This document shows, piece by piece, positions 37,701 to 46,241 of a DNA stretch of 50,174 nt. The position numbers were made by a program, and so were the translations under genes. The DNA comes from a virus (Duplodnaviria > Heunggongvirae > Uroviricota > Caudoviricetes). A model generated the notes under the pieces. The model did no database searches. It worked only from the letters and a program-made list of their open reading frames with translations, and was not told the DNA's origin. The stretch is taken from positions 64,001 through 114,174 of IMG/VR virus record IMGVR_UViG_3300032288_002343. One strand, written 5' to 3'. Within the stretch, counting starts at the first letter, position 1. Every line of letters begins with the position of its first letter.

Positions 37701-40186
37701 TGACCAAATGATGTTTCAGGAGAATTGAATACATGTCTGTATTTAGATCCATTCTCATCAAATCCATTAAGATTGTCAGGAGCACATAGTCCATATCCAA
37801 CACCATCTATTAATTCAATACTATACCCACCATCACCATCTTTATAAACAGGAGGATTTAAAGATGGTATGATTCTAGTAGTACCACCAGCTGCAGATGA
37901 ATCAAGTGTCCAAGTTGTTTTTTCTAGAGCTTTTTGAGGAGTGTTGCAACACCCATTACTTGGATTAAGAGCACAATATTCAGCCCAATTAGCTCCAGAA
38001 GGAGGAGGAATTATATTTGTATCAAGTCCATTAAATGCACATCCTCCACCTGCTGGGAGAGGGGGATAGTACCAGAACTCAGTTAGATCAGGAACAGCTA
38101 CTGTAAGCTTATACCAATTGTATGTATTAGATATAATTGATCCATCTGCTCCACCACCAAACTCTGGAGATGGAAAATCTAAAGCACATAGATTAAAAGA
38201 TGTGTTTAGAGGAAAGTCACCACCAATTGTTTTTGTAACACTTTCTCCAGAATAACAGTCGATATAACTTATAGTACCAGCACTTATTGCATATACAGTG
38301 AACTGTCTACAAATAGAACTTGTACTACTTTGAGCAAGTTTGATTGTGTAAGCATTGCTATTTTCTAGAAGGAATGGATCTTTTCTTAGGTCGTTGTAAG
38401 GATAGTTGGGGAAGTAGTATTCTGTTTCCTCTCTTTTATACTTACCTACGTTTCTAAGAATACCCTTAGCTACGACAGATTTGTTTGTACTTCTGTCACC
38501 ACGTATAATCTTGAATCCAACTATCTCACGTTTTTGTTCAGCTGTAAGACTTGAGGAGTTAATAAGTGTCTGTACCTGTGTAACATCAATTCTCACTCCT
38601 AAAGGAAACACTGCATCCTTTTGCATCACCATGCTATTAGCACCAGTGAATAGAGCAGATTCAAATATAGGACTCACTAGAACATCTGGGAACTTGTGAT
38701 GTCTAATCTTTTGACCAGCTAGGTCTCCCCATAACTCTCTGTCACAAGGATATTCCTCAACAGACTCCCAATAAGAGAATTGACCATATTGATAAGGTCC
38801 TTTGTAATCTGTAGCAGGAGAGTAATCTGGAGAAAATCCTGTAACAGTTGCTGTGTTATATATCTTCCAATAGGGACTAGTTCCTGCAATAGGATCTTCA
38901 GGTTCACCTATGAAGTCATCATTTGTTGTAGAAACAGGGAATAGATCATTAGCATTAGCTATTCTTCCTGGAATGTGGAATCCATCAGTTTGCTTACCGT
39001 TCTGAAGGAGGAATACTAATTCAAATGCATACACTTCATCCCTTAGATAACCTCTAAGGTTGGTAGCATTCAGTTCATCTGAATAGTTCTCTGTAGCAGG
39101 AATACGATAGGTTTCCCATTCAAGAGTAATTTGACTTGCAATCTGTTGATAATTAAGTCTTTCTACAGATGTAAGCTGATCCCATACTAATACATCACGT
39201 ACAGCTGTAACATCTTGAGCAGCCCCATAGTAAGGATACTTTTCAAAGATGTCATCCACTGTTAAACGGATATCAGTTTTACTTTGACCAGTGTAAGTAA
39301 TTACCTGTGAATCTCCGTCAATAAAGTAAACACCTACTAACTCTACAGAGGTGATACCATTTATAGTTTTGATTACAGCTAGGTTGAAATGTTGAAAGAG
39401 TCCTGTCAAATCTAAGTTGCTAACAGTGATTTCAATAGACCTACCTACATTATAATTAAAATTAGGAGTGGTAAGACTTATATCAGCAATAGGAGTGGGG
39501 TTAGTAACTGAGTAGTAGGAAGTGTAAGGACTACCAATAACGTCTGTATATTGAATAGCAAATTGGTAAGTGCCTGCTGTTAAATCACCTCCTGAAGTGA
39601 TGTTAGTCACTTCAAGATGAGGAATCTGAAAGTTTGGTTGTACGTTTAGTCCGTTACAATCAATCTCATCACTATAAACAGGATCACAGGCTGGTGTTCC
39701 TCCTATAAGAACATAGGGGAGATTCTCAGGATTGAGGTCAATATATCTTCTATTATTAAGACCATCTGTCCAATATACCTCTGTAGCACAATTAGTAATT
39801 CTGTGGACAGACTTATGAATAGGATAATTGATATTGAAGTTGAGACAAGGGGCATTAATATACTTGCGATAGATACAATCATTGTTATCCATGTACCCAA
39901 TCTCAGAACCCCCATTTACAGGATCAGTAAGAAAGAATACATGTTTACTCTTCTCAGGGATGAAATGCTGACCTATCAGTACATATCCATCAGGGAATGT
40001 AAGACAAAGCTCATTTCCTGGCTCATTCTGATAGTTTACAGAATTAGCATCAAAGTTTTCTAAAGCAGCGTTAAGTGCATACGTAAGCTGGCCTTTGGGA
40101 ATCTGTTGAACAGATTGATCCATGTTAAGACCAACGGTAGCATTATTATACTCCTGTCTAATATTACCTTGTTCCTGTTCAGCCAT
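34793..40186 (-). CDS. Tail stabilisation (muzzle, P22 gp10-like) protein, N-terminal part, with Cys/Thr-rich additions (1797 aa)
   Basis: GLNMD...LTYALNA...YQNEPGNELC start, GYLRDEVYAFELVFLLQNGKQTDGFHIPGR, IRHHKFPD, GGDTFI, AETDLGYVGSQ, GLHGVYDSKFDRVIITKLDY, KSWTLSFN...WVSFHSYIPN; position after ring and IHF-like genes as in crAss-like phages. Confidence 0.8.
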   Translation of the reverse strand: MAEQEQGNIRQEYNNATVGLNMDQSVQQIPKGQLTYALNAALENFDANSVNYQNEPGNELCLTFPDGYVLIGQHFIPEKSKHVFFLTDPVNGGSEIGYMDNNDCIYRKYINAPCLNFNINYPIHKSVHRITNCATEVYWTDGLNNRRYIDLNPENLPYVLIGGTPACDPVYSDEIDCNGLNVQPNFQIPHLEVTNITSGGDLTAGTYQFAIQYTDVIGSPYTSYYSVTNPTPIADISLTTPNFNYNVGRSIEITVSNLDLTGLFQHFNLAVIKTINGITSVELVGVYFIDGDSQVITYTGQSKTDIRLTVDDIFEKYPYYGAAQDVTAVRDVLVWDQLTSVERLNYQQIASQITLEWETYRIPATENYSDELNATNLRGYLRDEVYAFELVFLLQNGKQTDGFHIPGRIANANDLFPVSTTNDDFIGEPEDPIAGTSPYWKIYNTATVTGFSPDYSPATDYKGPYQYGQFSYWESVEEYPCDRELWGDLAGQKIRHHKFPDVLVSPIFESALFTGANSMVMQKDAVFPLGVRIDVTQVQTLINSSSLTAEQKREIVGFKIIRGDRSTNKSVVAKGILRNVGKYKREETEYYFPNYPYNDLRKDPFLLENSNAYTIKLAQSSTSSICRQFTVYAISAGTISYIDCYSGESVTKTIGGDFPLNTSFNLCALDFPSPEFGGGADGSIISNTYNWYKLTVAVPDLTEFWYYPPLPAGGGCAFNGLDTNIIPPPSGANWAEYCALNPSNGCCNTPQKALEKTTWTLDSSAAGGTTRIIPSLNPPVYKDGDGGYSIELIDGVGYGLCAPDNLNGFDENGSKYRHVFNSPETSFGQPFLGNILKLENVIFGAGSSHFVQVQKNAMYRLVSLQAQQDALNSANQIAVITSPYNASALFAAYQAYLTIYINGITRRNYAYSYNSIASYDYSNVINNGLGIKQRELDIKLYLIPGVQGVGDDKNVNNWSRESSVYLKTDEAKDPLPFPSDTPAVNGIVTDKSRMTLSEANKCDVPGREDYISVVSYYGSLKNIFVNQYGQIYSYDTVDTGFQRDITPITTPVLATFFGGDTFISKFAFKTKLPFFIDNRVNAADDSDIFYDEIGNVAYPQYWHSARSILIDASIETAVLTNFFSIKATNLDCPNSQTPITSNGRTFYDGKMYLFAYGIPYFYCESSYNIDLRQAYDNRAGDFWPHVSTGIPDDWVQEDYVSIANDNTYYYNTTFSKQNRENTFTHLPYDWKKECFTFYPFRAIYSDAQDASADNQSNNWLTYRALSYFDFPQNYGPLVSLDGIQNKAILARFENKSLMYNTLLTIDTSNPKAAYMGNDSLFRSSPPVDFAETDLGYVGSQNKMLLKIPQGQISVDAKRGQVFLITGNGAQDLSAFGSGMNRFFTDHLAFEILRYFPNVPIDNHFKGLGLHGVYDSKFDRVIITKLDYIPKVKNIIYDEADFNFYLEEEVECCGSTEVIRKQVYLTDLEYFCNKSWTLSFNVNTRSWVSFHSYIPNWYIAENNFFYSGLNDCCGDFEAIVANPVPNTTTTTTTQFVCDCKTYSVENQSSETLTYDYTDCNGVPQFSVLIDGGTTQEVCVCGDQINVGEKGLSATLISDNCITTTTTTTYYQPNCDIEGEAVENCCELAGFAYEVVTTTTTTTTTIYDCGLDGVACEDVTTTTTTTSSTTTTTTTTLCDCFYYDVDISQSDLDNATGNTIYLNNTVYINYIDCSDGTTVVVKTYSTAGSLPNDFCTSVSFNESYPYIVYFINDAPNYGTSFLLPPVLSTITNTGNCCTTTTSTTTVYDCQISGTSEEVC
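34840..35620 (-). repeat. Poly-Thr linkers alternating with short C-x-[IL]-x-G-x-[AS]-x-E motifs
   Basis: Five Thr-rich runs; motifs CDIEGEAVE, CELAGFAYE, CGLDGVACE, CQISGTSEE. Confidence 0.85.
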
Positions 40187-40191
40187 TGGTA

Positions 40192-41163
40192 TTAATTATT
40201 ACGTCTCCAACCATATCTATTGCTACGATTGGGAAGTTCATACATGTTAAATCTATTCAAGTCATTCTTAATTCTACGTTGCTTAGTCCAAGGATCTTGC
40301 TTCTTAATCTCAATATCAGCCATGATAAATGCCTCATCAGCCTGTTGCTTGTAGAACGCAAGCTTTGTCTGAAGCTGATTAAATGTCTCATCATTAGTCT
40401 GATTAGTAAGAGTTTCTATCACCTTATATTTGATAAAAGCTTCAATAAACTCTCTAATACGATAATTATCAGGAATTAATTGATTTCCACCATTATCATA
40501 TTCTGTAGCATAGAATAAGAGATGCACCACACCATTACGGAAGTTAGTTACAAACTTATTATCTCTAATATCAAATGAGTCATAACTAGCAGATCCAGGA
40601 GTAAACTCATTAATAGGAGGAGCTTCTTGATAGAATTCCCAATTACTAGTATAATCTACACCACAATTACCTTGTGCGGAGATATTACCAGGCTTGAGAA
40701 GATATTCCTTTCGATAGAGTACAGGGGCTTGGTTGTTTGTCTTATAGACAGCCTGTACTAGATTAGGCATACATTTAGGACAGAACTCCTGACCACAACT
40801 ACCTTCCTCACAAGGATTACCATACACAATTACAGGACTCACCTGAATTGTTGTAGAGCTAGCAGCCTGTGAGTAGAAAGAGTTAGCCTGTTGATAAGGA
40901 TAACCATTTACAGCTGTACAAAGCCATGCTTCACGAACAGCATAAAAGTTATCTGGGAGTCTTGCCTCATAGTCACAAATGTGTAGGATTTCTTGAGAAA
41001 TCACATAAGTGGTTCTACCCAGCTTCCTAAGACATTTATCCAGGTAAGTGGGGAACATTAAGTCATCAACAGCTCCTGTATCAAAATAACTTTTGAACTC
41101 TTCTTTAACGATAGAATATACAGGTTCTGGGCTGACGAAGTTATATTTATAATAGTATGACAT
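40192..41163 (-). CDS. Tail tubular/ring protein (323 aa)
   Basis: crAss-type position between IHF-like gene and muzzle; EARLPDNFYAV, LIPDN...EFIEAFIKYK motifs; Cys-rich insert PCEEGSCGQEFCPKC. Confidence 0.65.
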   Translation of the reverse strand: MSYYYKYNFVSPEPVYSIVKEEFKSYFDTGAVDDLMFPTYLDKCLRKLGRTTYVISQEILHICDYEARLPDNFYAVREAWLCTAVNGYPYQQANSFYSQAASSTTIQVSPVIVYGNPCEEGSCGQEFCPKCMPNLVQAVYKTNNQAPVLYRKEYLLKPGNISAQGNCGVDYTSNWEFYQEAPPINEFTPGSASYDSFDIRDNKFVTNFRNGVVHLLFYATEYDNGGNQLIPDNYRIREFIEAFIKYKVIETLTNQTNDETFNQLQTKLAFYKQQADEAFIMADIEIKKQDPWTKQRRIKNDLNRFNMYELPNRSNRYGWRRNN

Positions 41164-41168
41164 CTATT

Positions 41169-41645
41169 TTACTTTTTCCATTCGTGATAGAGATGTTGGT
41201 ATTTGTCGTTAGCTCTTAAATAGTGAGAAAGCAGTCTAGAGGTAGTTCTGGAAGGTTTAAAGTACCACAGGTTTGATTGTCTAAATCTAGCTGTTGTTTT
41301 GAACCACATCCATCCAAAGAAAAAACCTTCTGTGTGAAAATTGAAGTTGTAGATACGTTTACCTTTTTCCCTAGTCTTTTTCCAGTCAATAGGAAGATTG
41401 ACAAACTCTTTACCATCAATTCCTTTTATCTTTCTACGCTTCTTCTTGTTAATAGAAAATTCACCAAACCCAAAAGGAAGCTTTGCTCTTTCTCCTGTTT
41501 CAAGAATATACTCTTTGAAACCTTCATTAAAGGAATAGATAATATTTCTCCACTGATCAAATGTTAATTTGATAGAGGGATGCTTCTTGCAGAAACTGTT
41601 GTAGTTATCTTTACTAGCGCTTCGCCAGTCTATTTTCATTCTCAT
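41169..41645 (-). CDS. IHF/HU-like DNA-binding protein, crAss type (158 aa)
   Basis: Basic; ILETGERAKLPFGFGEFSINKKKR fits the HU/IHF beta-arm start; YFKPSR near the C-terminus; conserved position in crAss-like tail modules. Confidence 0.7.
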   Translation of the reverse strand: MRMKIDWRSASKDNYNSFCKKHPSIKLTFDQWRNIIYSFNEGFKEYILETGERAKLPFGFGEFSINKKKRRKIKGIDGKEFVNLPIDWKKTREKGKRIYNFNFHTEGFFFGWMWFKTTARFRQSNLWYFKPSRTTSRLLSHYLRANDKYQHLYHEWKK

Positions 41646-41646
41646 G

Positions 41647-42375
41647 TCATCTCAAGTTTGGAGCGTTTGGTGCTTGACCATCAACTCCATCACTTGTGAT
41701 GTCTGTCTTCAATGCAAAATACGTAGAGAGAAGCTTTTGAGAAGTGAGCTCTAACACTTGCTTTTCCAGATATCCTGGAACTGGAGATTCCTTATCTAAA
41801 GGATTTATACACAGTTGTTCTGTAGTGTATTCAGGAGTTCCACATCCACACTCTGGATACATGATTTCGTTTGGAACATTTTCTTCAAAAAGAGCAACTA
41901 GTCTGATTGCTTTTAAGAGTGGATTGTTCACATACAAATACCCATTAGAAATCCAGTAGTATTCTTCCTTCTTAATGATAGGAAGCTTGAGCAAGTTTAC
42001 GTATCGGTTGATGGTTATTTCCTTAAGTTTCTTTCCCTGCCCACTCATAGCATTGATAGAATATACTCCCTGAATAACATACTGGTAATTACCTTCTGTA
42101 ATTCTAGGAAGTTTAAACTTTGTTCTTGCTACACTGCAAGGATCAACGTAATCACAGCATTCTGAAATAGGAACTTCTACCATCTCTAAACAAGGGATGG
42201 TAGTAAAAACTGTATCGGTTGCCCATAGCTTCCTCAGATTAGTCTCACGCTTTATCAGGAGGAAGGCATTGTTCTTAATTTCAGACATGACAGCTCTATC
42301 CGTGATCAAGTTGTCCGTGGAGAGCAACTTGTGCATAGAGCGTACATCTGAAACTAACTTCCTAAAAGTTGACAT
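41647..42375 (-). CDS. Ring/tail-tube protein (242 aa)
   Basis: Helical N- and C-termini flanking a beta region; YYWISNGYLY and VPGYLEKQVLEL motifs; gene order. Confidence 0.55.
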   Translation of the reverse strand: MSTFRKLVSDVRSMHKLLSTDNLITDRAVMSEIKNNAFLLIKRETNLRKLWATDTVFTTIPCLEMVEVPISECCDYVDPCSVARTKFKLPRITEGNYQYVIQGVYSINAMSGQGKKLKEITINRYVNLLKLPIIKKEEYYWISNGYLYVNNPLLKAIRLVALFEENVPNEIMYPECGCGTPEYTTEQLCINPLDKESPVPGYLEKQVLELTSQKLLSTYFALKTDITSDGVDGQAPNAPNLR

Positions 42376-43625
42376 TATAAATACTGTTTGAATATATTTG
42401 TTATTCCGTCTTCAAAATCTATCAGGAATCCAGTCACTTCACCTTTAGTGACAGTATACCCATTCTTATCATCCCATCCACTTTTTGCTGTGGAGAATGC
42501 TGGAAGCTGATAGAATTTAATACCATTGAAATCTAGACTCATCTCATGATGTTTATCTCCTGTAAATATGTAGAAGTTATCATGATCTGACCACTCGCTC
42601 TTAAATTCCATAGGGAATAAACCAGCGAGTTTTGCTGGCTTTAAGGCATCTCCATGGTTGAACATCATTGCAGATGTTCCATAGCTAACATACTTTCTAT
42701 ATCTTGGAGAGATGTCAAAGAACACACGCTCCTCGTTTCTAAAGTAGGTTTGCAACCAGCTAGCCAAATGCCAGCCTACAAACTCATCGTGATTACCAGC
42801 TACAAATATTACACTAATCGATTCACCCTTCTGAAGGAGAAGATTAATGACGCTTACCTCATGATCACAGATTGCTTGAAAAGCCTCGTGATAGGAGAGG
42901 ATATTTTGCTGGGGAGTACCCTTTGTAGTTGTGTTAGTGAACTCACTATTGAACTCATCAGAACCAATAATATAGTTGATATCTGTGAGATTGTTAGCTA
43001 AAGAGGCTTGATTTAGGATGATTTCCACTCTTTGGATAAAATCACCAAAGCGTTCTTCTATATCATTCTTTCCTCCAATATCTAGTTTGTTTAGATGAGA
43101 ATCCTGTTTATTTATAATTAAACAAGCATCCTTCTTAGATCTATCAAACTTTGGAGCTACTATCTCAGGGGAGCAAGGCTCATAGTTCTCAAGGAAGGCA
43201 ACAAAGCTATCCTGGAACACTTGCTCATTTTTCTTTTTACCTAACCATGCTTTCACTTGATAGTGAGGCTGGTCAGCATTTCCCCAGTAGTTTTGGACGT
43301 ATTTAGTTATCTCCCACTTGTCCGTATCTATCTTACATTTCTCAATCAACTCATCCAAACTCTTGATTTCTTCTTTAGAGTTGAATACCACTTCACCTGT
43401 TCCCTTCTGAATATCCTCAAAGAATCTTACCACTTGATCCTCTAGTTCTCCAATATAGTTACCAACCTCCGCTTCTTCCTGTGCCACTTGTGAGCCTCGC
43501 AGCTCCTTTATCAATTCATCCACCTCATTTTCTGTAATGTTGAGTTTGTCTGCATAGAACTTCTTGCTCTTTTTCCAGTGAAGCATCTGCTCCAACTGTT
43601 GCAGAAGGGATTGATTTTCAGGCAT
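42375..43625 (-). CDS. Calcineurin-like metallophosphoesterase with N-terminal HTH-like segment (416 aa)
   Basis: QDSH, GSDEFN, AGNHD, NHGD and GDKHH motifs in the canonical order; KFYADKLNITENEV is HTH-like. Confidence 0.82.
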   Translation of the reverse strand: MPENQSLLQQLEQMLHWKKSKKFYADKLNITENEVDELIKELRGSQVAQEEAEVGNYIGELEDQVVRFFEDIQKGTGEVVFNSKEEIKSLDELIEKCKIDTDKWEITKYVQNYWGNADQPHYQVKAWLGKKKNEQVFQDSFVAFLENYEPCSPEIVAPKFDRSKKDACLIINKQDSHLNKLDIGGKNDIEERFGDFIQRVEIILNQASLANNLTDINYIIGSDEFNSEFTNTTTKGTPQQNILSYHEAFQAICDHEVSVINLLLQKGESISVIFVAGNHDEFVGWHLASWLQTYFRNEERVFFDISPRYRKYVSYGTSAMMFNHGDALKPAKLAGLFPMEFKSEWSDHDNFYIFTGDKHHEMSLDFNGIKFYQLPAFSTAKSGWDDKNGYTVTKGEVTGFLIDFEDGITNIFKQYL

Positions 43626-43653
43626 TTACGTTTTGATTTAGTTAAAATTGCCA

Positions 43654-43686
43654 TAAAGGTACGAAAGTTTTTTGATATTTTCCAAA
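43654..43686 (-). promoter_or_regulatory. Bacteroidota-type primary sigma promoter
   Basis: TTTG, 21-nt spacer ending TTTCG, TACCTTTA (7/8 fit to TAnnTTTG), 28 nt upstream of the phosphoesterase ATG and downstream of a terminator. Confidence 0.72.
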
Positions 43687-43730
43687 TTATTTTAACCAAC
43701 CTCATTATTGATACTAACCAAGTTAGTTAT

Positions 43731-43766
43731 AAAATAAAAACTCCCTAGGGTAGAAACCCCAGGGAG
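43731..43766 (-). terminator. Intrinsic terminator
   Basis: CTCCCTGGGGT-TTCT-ACCCTAGGGAG (11 bp, one G-U) followed by TTTTTATTTT. Confidence 0.85.
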
Positions 43767-43813
43767 AAGCCCTGAAAACCAACAAACAGAGCTTTTTGAT
43801 ATATTTATCAAAT

Positions 43814-44431
43814 TTATACAGGACACGCACCTCCTCCTATGGTTCCACATACAGTTATAGTACCATAGCTAATATCACCTGAACTTACAGTGACTGTTAT
43901 TTGTGCATTAGTAACTCCAGTTTGAATATCTTCAGCAAACTGATTGGAGTCATATTTCACATAAGCATCTTGACAACCTGAACCAGCTTGATTTCCTGTG
44001 TTAACATTTATCACTAAAACATCGCCCGCAACAACAGAGAGTGTACCAGTTTCAGATCCACTTGATGCTGAAGCTAAAACAACTTGACTACCGTTCTTTA
44101 TGATTTCAAAATAGGATGCGGTACAACTTACTGGTCCATGATTCCAACTCCAGTTGAGAAGCACTTCATTTATTGTAGTGGTAGAACTAGTTGTGGTTGT
44201 AGTGGTACATGGCACTACAGGAATATCAACATAATTTGTACAAAGCTCATTATTAGATTTTACTCTAATAACAGTGGTTCCATTAGGGACTAATGTACTA
44301 GTATAACCAGCTAGTAAAGCTACTTTAGATACACCTGTTTCAAAAGCAGATACATATCCATCTGTATCTGAATATAAGTTGAAAGGACCTGTATCAGATC
44401 CTGCAACTGTTAATGTAGTTGTTACTGTCAT
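43814..44431 (-). CDS. Two-domain decoration/fibre protein with poly-Thr linker (205 aa)
   Basis: N-terminal GPFNLYSD...TVIRVKS...CTNYVDIP domain paralogous to the start of 33906..34772; CTTTTTTSSTTT linker; beta-rich C-terminal domain. Confidence 0.6.
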   Translation of the reverse strand: MTVTTTLTVAGSDTGPFNLYSDTDGYVSAFETGVSKVALLAGYTSTLVPNGTTVIRVKSNNELCTNYVDIPVVPCTTTTTTSSTTTINEVLLNWSWNHGPVSCTASYFEIIKNGSQVVLASASSGSETGTLSVVAGDVLVINVNTGNQAGSGCQDAYVKYDSNQFAEDIQTGVTNAQITVTVSSGDISYGTITVCGTIGGGACPV

Positions 44432-44445
44432 AATTTATTGGCTTT

Positions 44446-44697
44446 TTAAGTAAGACTATTCACTAAATTTTGAAGAGCTATAATTTGATTTTGTAAATTA
44501 CAAATCTTATTATCAACCTTCTCAAAAGCAACAGTTGCTGTATCACAAGTGTTAATTCCTGTACAAGGAAGATTGGGCCCACTATATGAAATGTTATTAG
44601 TTTGGACAGGTTGTGCACTGCAGGGATCACATCCATAAGAGGTAGGAGTAACCACTGATGCTGTTGTACAGCAAGGGTTTGATGGAAGGAATATCAT
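44446..44697 (-). CDS. Small Cys-rich protein consisting of the shared anchor domain plus a short coiled coil (83 aa)
   Basis: ISYSGPNLPCTGINTCDTATVAFEKVDNKIC; 7 Cys; LQNQIIALQNLV heptads. Confidence 0.65.
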   Translation of the reverse strand: MIFLPSNPCCTTASVVTPTSYGCDPCSAQPVQTNNISYSGPNLPCTGINTCDTATVAFEKVDNKICNLQNQIIALQNLVNSLT

Positions 44698-44718
44698 TTT
44701 ATGTAAGAGGTTTAACTA

Positions 44719-45861
44719 TTAAGGAATATACATAATATAGTAGCAAGCACGAACTGGAGGAATGTTGTTGTGAGACTGACCACCTCCTGTAGAAGCATTC
44801 ACAACAGTTGCAGTGATTCCTGTGGTTTTGCTATTAGTAAGACCAATATTAGCTCCTGTTCCTGTGGTGTTCTTAAGAAGGTAACCAAGATTTCCACCTG
44901 TACTATGTTGAAGAGCGATTGCATGTGTAGCATCTAAATTCACCCCAGTATTTTCAGCAGGATAAGAACTATTTGCAGTGAAGTGTGTATGTCCAGGATC
45001 TGTTATTGTTGTAGTGGTGGAGTGTGTGTGAGCAGGAATCTGTGTAGCAGCTAATGTAACAGCGTTCTCACCAGCAAGAGTGTTAAGAGCGTAGTTAGGA
45101 TTAGCAGGACTTACAAAAGGATCTACTACAGGACTAAGAGCTCCACCAGGAACACCTTGAATAGCACCTACAGCAAATCTTCCACGTTTATCAGGAGTGC
45201 CATTATTTCCGTTACATAAATAGATTTTATCAAATCCATTAGCTAAAAGACCAGCACCTGTAGAATCAAAATTAGCCAGAGATCCATAGTATTCAACCAC
45301 TGTATAAGGAACCATTCTATCCTTATATTGTGTTACACCAGGGCTTGGTGTACAAGCTGCTACCAAAGCACAAAGCTCTGATTTCTTTACATAATTAGTT
45401 TCAACATCTAATACAAAAGCATCAAAATCAGCAATGTGTGCACAAAGCTTAGTGATTACTGCCTGAAGGATGTCATGTGTTCCAGATGTGCCAGTTACAC
45501 CAGTGAGGCAACCCACTGTGTAAGGTCCTTCTAAAGCAGCAAAGTCTTCCTCTAGAGAAGTAAGTCTTTCGTCTAGCTCACATATAGCTTTGATTAAAGC
45601 ATTAATAACATTGGGAAGTGTGAGATCCTCACAAGCAACTAAGTTCTTGTTTATAATCTCACAGATAATTTCAGGGTTGATAGACAGTTTAATACCTGTA
45701 CCATCTAGTGTAGATGTAAGAAATGTAATCAGTGCTTGTTCAACATACGAGAGAGAATCTCCAGTTTGAATTCCCAAAATGGGAACATCTACACCTGTAT
45801 ATCGTACACACTGATCAGATACGGTTTCTACACAACCATTATAGCAATTTGAACAAGACAT
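44719..45861 (-). CDS. Tail fibre with anchor domain, coiled coil and tail-collar (T4 gp12-like) C-terminus (380 aa)
   Basis: CVRYTGVDVPILGIQTGDSL anchor; YLCNGNNGTPDKRGRFAVGA...GENAVTL...QIPAHTH...GHTH...GGGQSHNNIPP...YYIM collar signature. Confidence 0.8.
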   Translation of the reverse strand: MSCSNCYNGCVETVSDQCVRYTGVDVPILGIQTGDSLSYVEQALITFLTSTLDGTGIKLSINPEIICEIINKNLVACEDLTLPNVINALIKAICELDERLTSLEEDFAALEGPYTVGCLTGVTGTSGTHDILQAVITKLCAHIADFDAFVLDVETNYVKKSELCALVAACTPSPGVTQYKDRMVPYTVVEYYGSLANFDSTGAGLLANGFDKIYLCNGNNGTPDKRGRFAVGAIQGVPGGALSPVVDPFVSPANPNYALNTLAGENAVTLAATQIPAHTHSTTTTITDPGHTHFTANSSYPAENTGVNLDATHAIALQHSTGGNLGYLLKNTTGTGANIGLTNSKTTGITATVVNASTGGGQSHNNIPPVRACYYIMYIP

Positions 45862-46128
45862 TTATTTATATTTTAAAAGTTTAACTCTGCTGGCAATCAT
45901 GTTCACAGTGAACGGAGCAGCATAATTAGGGTTACAATACTTGTAGACAAGTATTCTTCTATAGTTTATGAGATCCAGCATTACCCCTCCAGGTACAGGC
46001 TGGTTCAACATAAACACAACATTGTTGTACAAATTATTTCCAAGTTGCACCAGTTTGCAATCTATATCAGCAACTAGTGCAGGAATACTAGCGCACTCTG
46101 GACAATTTGTAAGCCTGGGTGATAACAT
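45862..46128 (-). CDS. Small structural protein, possible tail hub component (88 aa)
   Basis: Clean ORF abutting the fibre gene; CPEC motif; hub role inferred from gene order only. Confidence 0.5.
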   Translation of the reverse strand: MLSPRLTNCPECASIPALVADIDCKLVQLGNNLYNNVVFMLNQPVPGGVMLDLINYRRILVYKYCNPNYAAPFTVNMIASRVKLLKYK

Positions 46129-46240
46129 TTCCTATAAGTTTTCTTCCTTGTTTTGTAGCAGCATTACATGCAGCACAAAGACCATTAATTAATTGACATC
46201 CACATCCAAACTTTGCTCCACATTTTTTACAAACAGCCAT
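46088..46240 (-). CDS. Small Cys-rich protein (50 aa, not in ORF track)
   Basis: Manual translation MAVCKKCGAKFGCGCQLINGLCAACNAATKQGRKLIGNVITQAYKLSRVR; ATG 1 nt after the upstream TAA; fills an otherwise empty 113-nt gap; overlaps next gene by 41 nt. Confidence 0.7.
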   Translation of the reverse strand: MAVCKKCGAKFGCGCQLINGLCAACNAATKQGRKLIGNVITQAYKLSRVR

Positions 46241-46241
46241 A

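Noticed and set aside
43795-43812. Perfect inverted repeat TTTGATA-TATT-TATCAAA just after the 205-aa gene
   Set aside because: All but two pairs are A-T, single occurrence, plausible by chance in AT-rich DNA.
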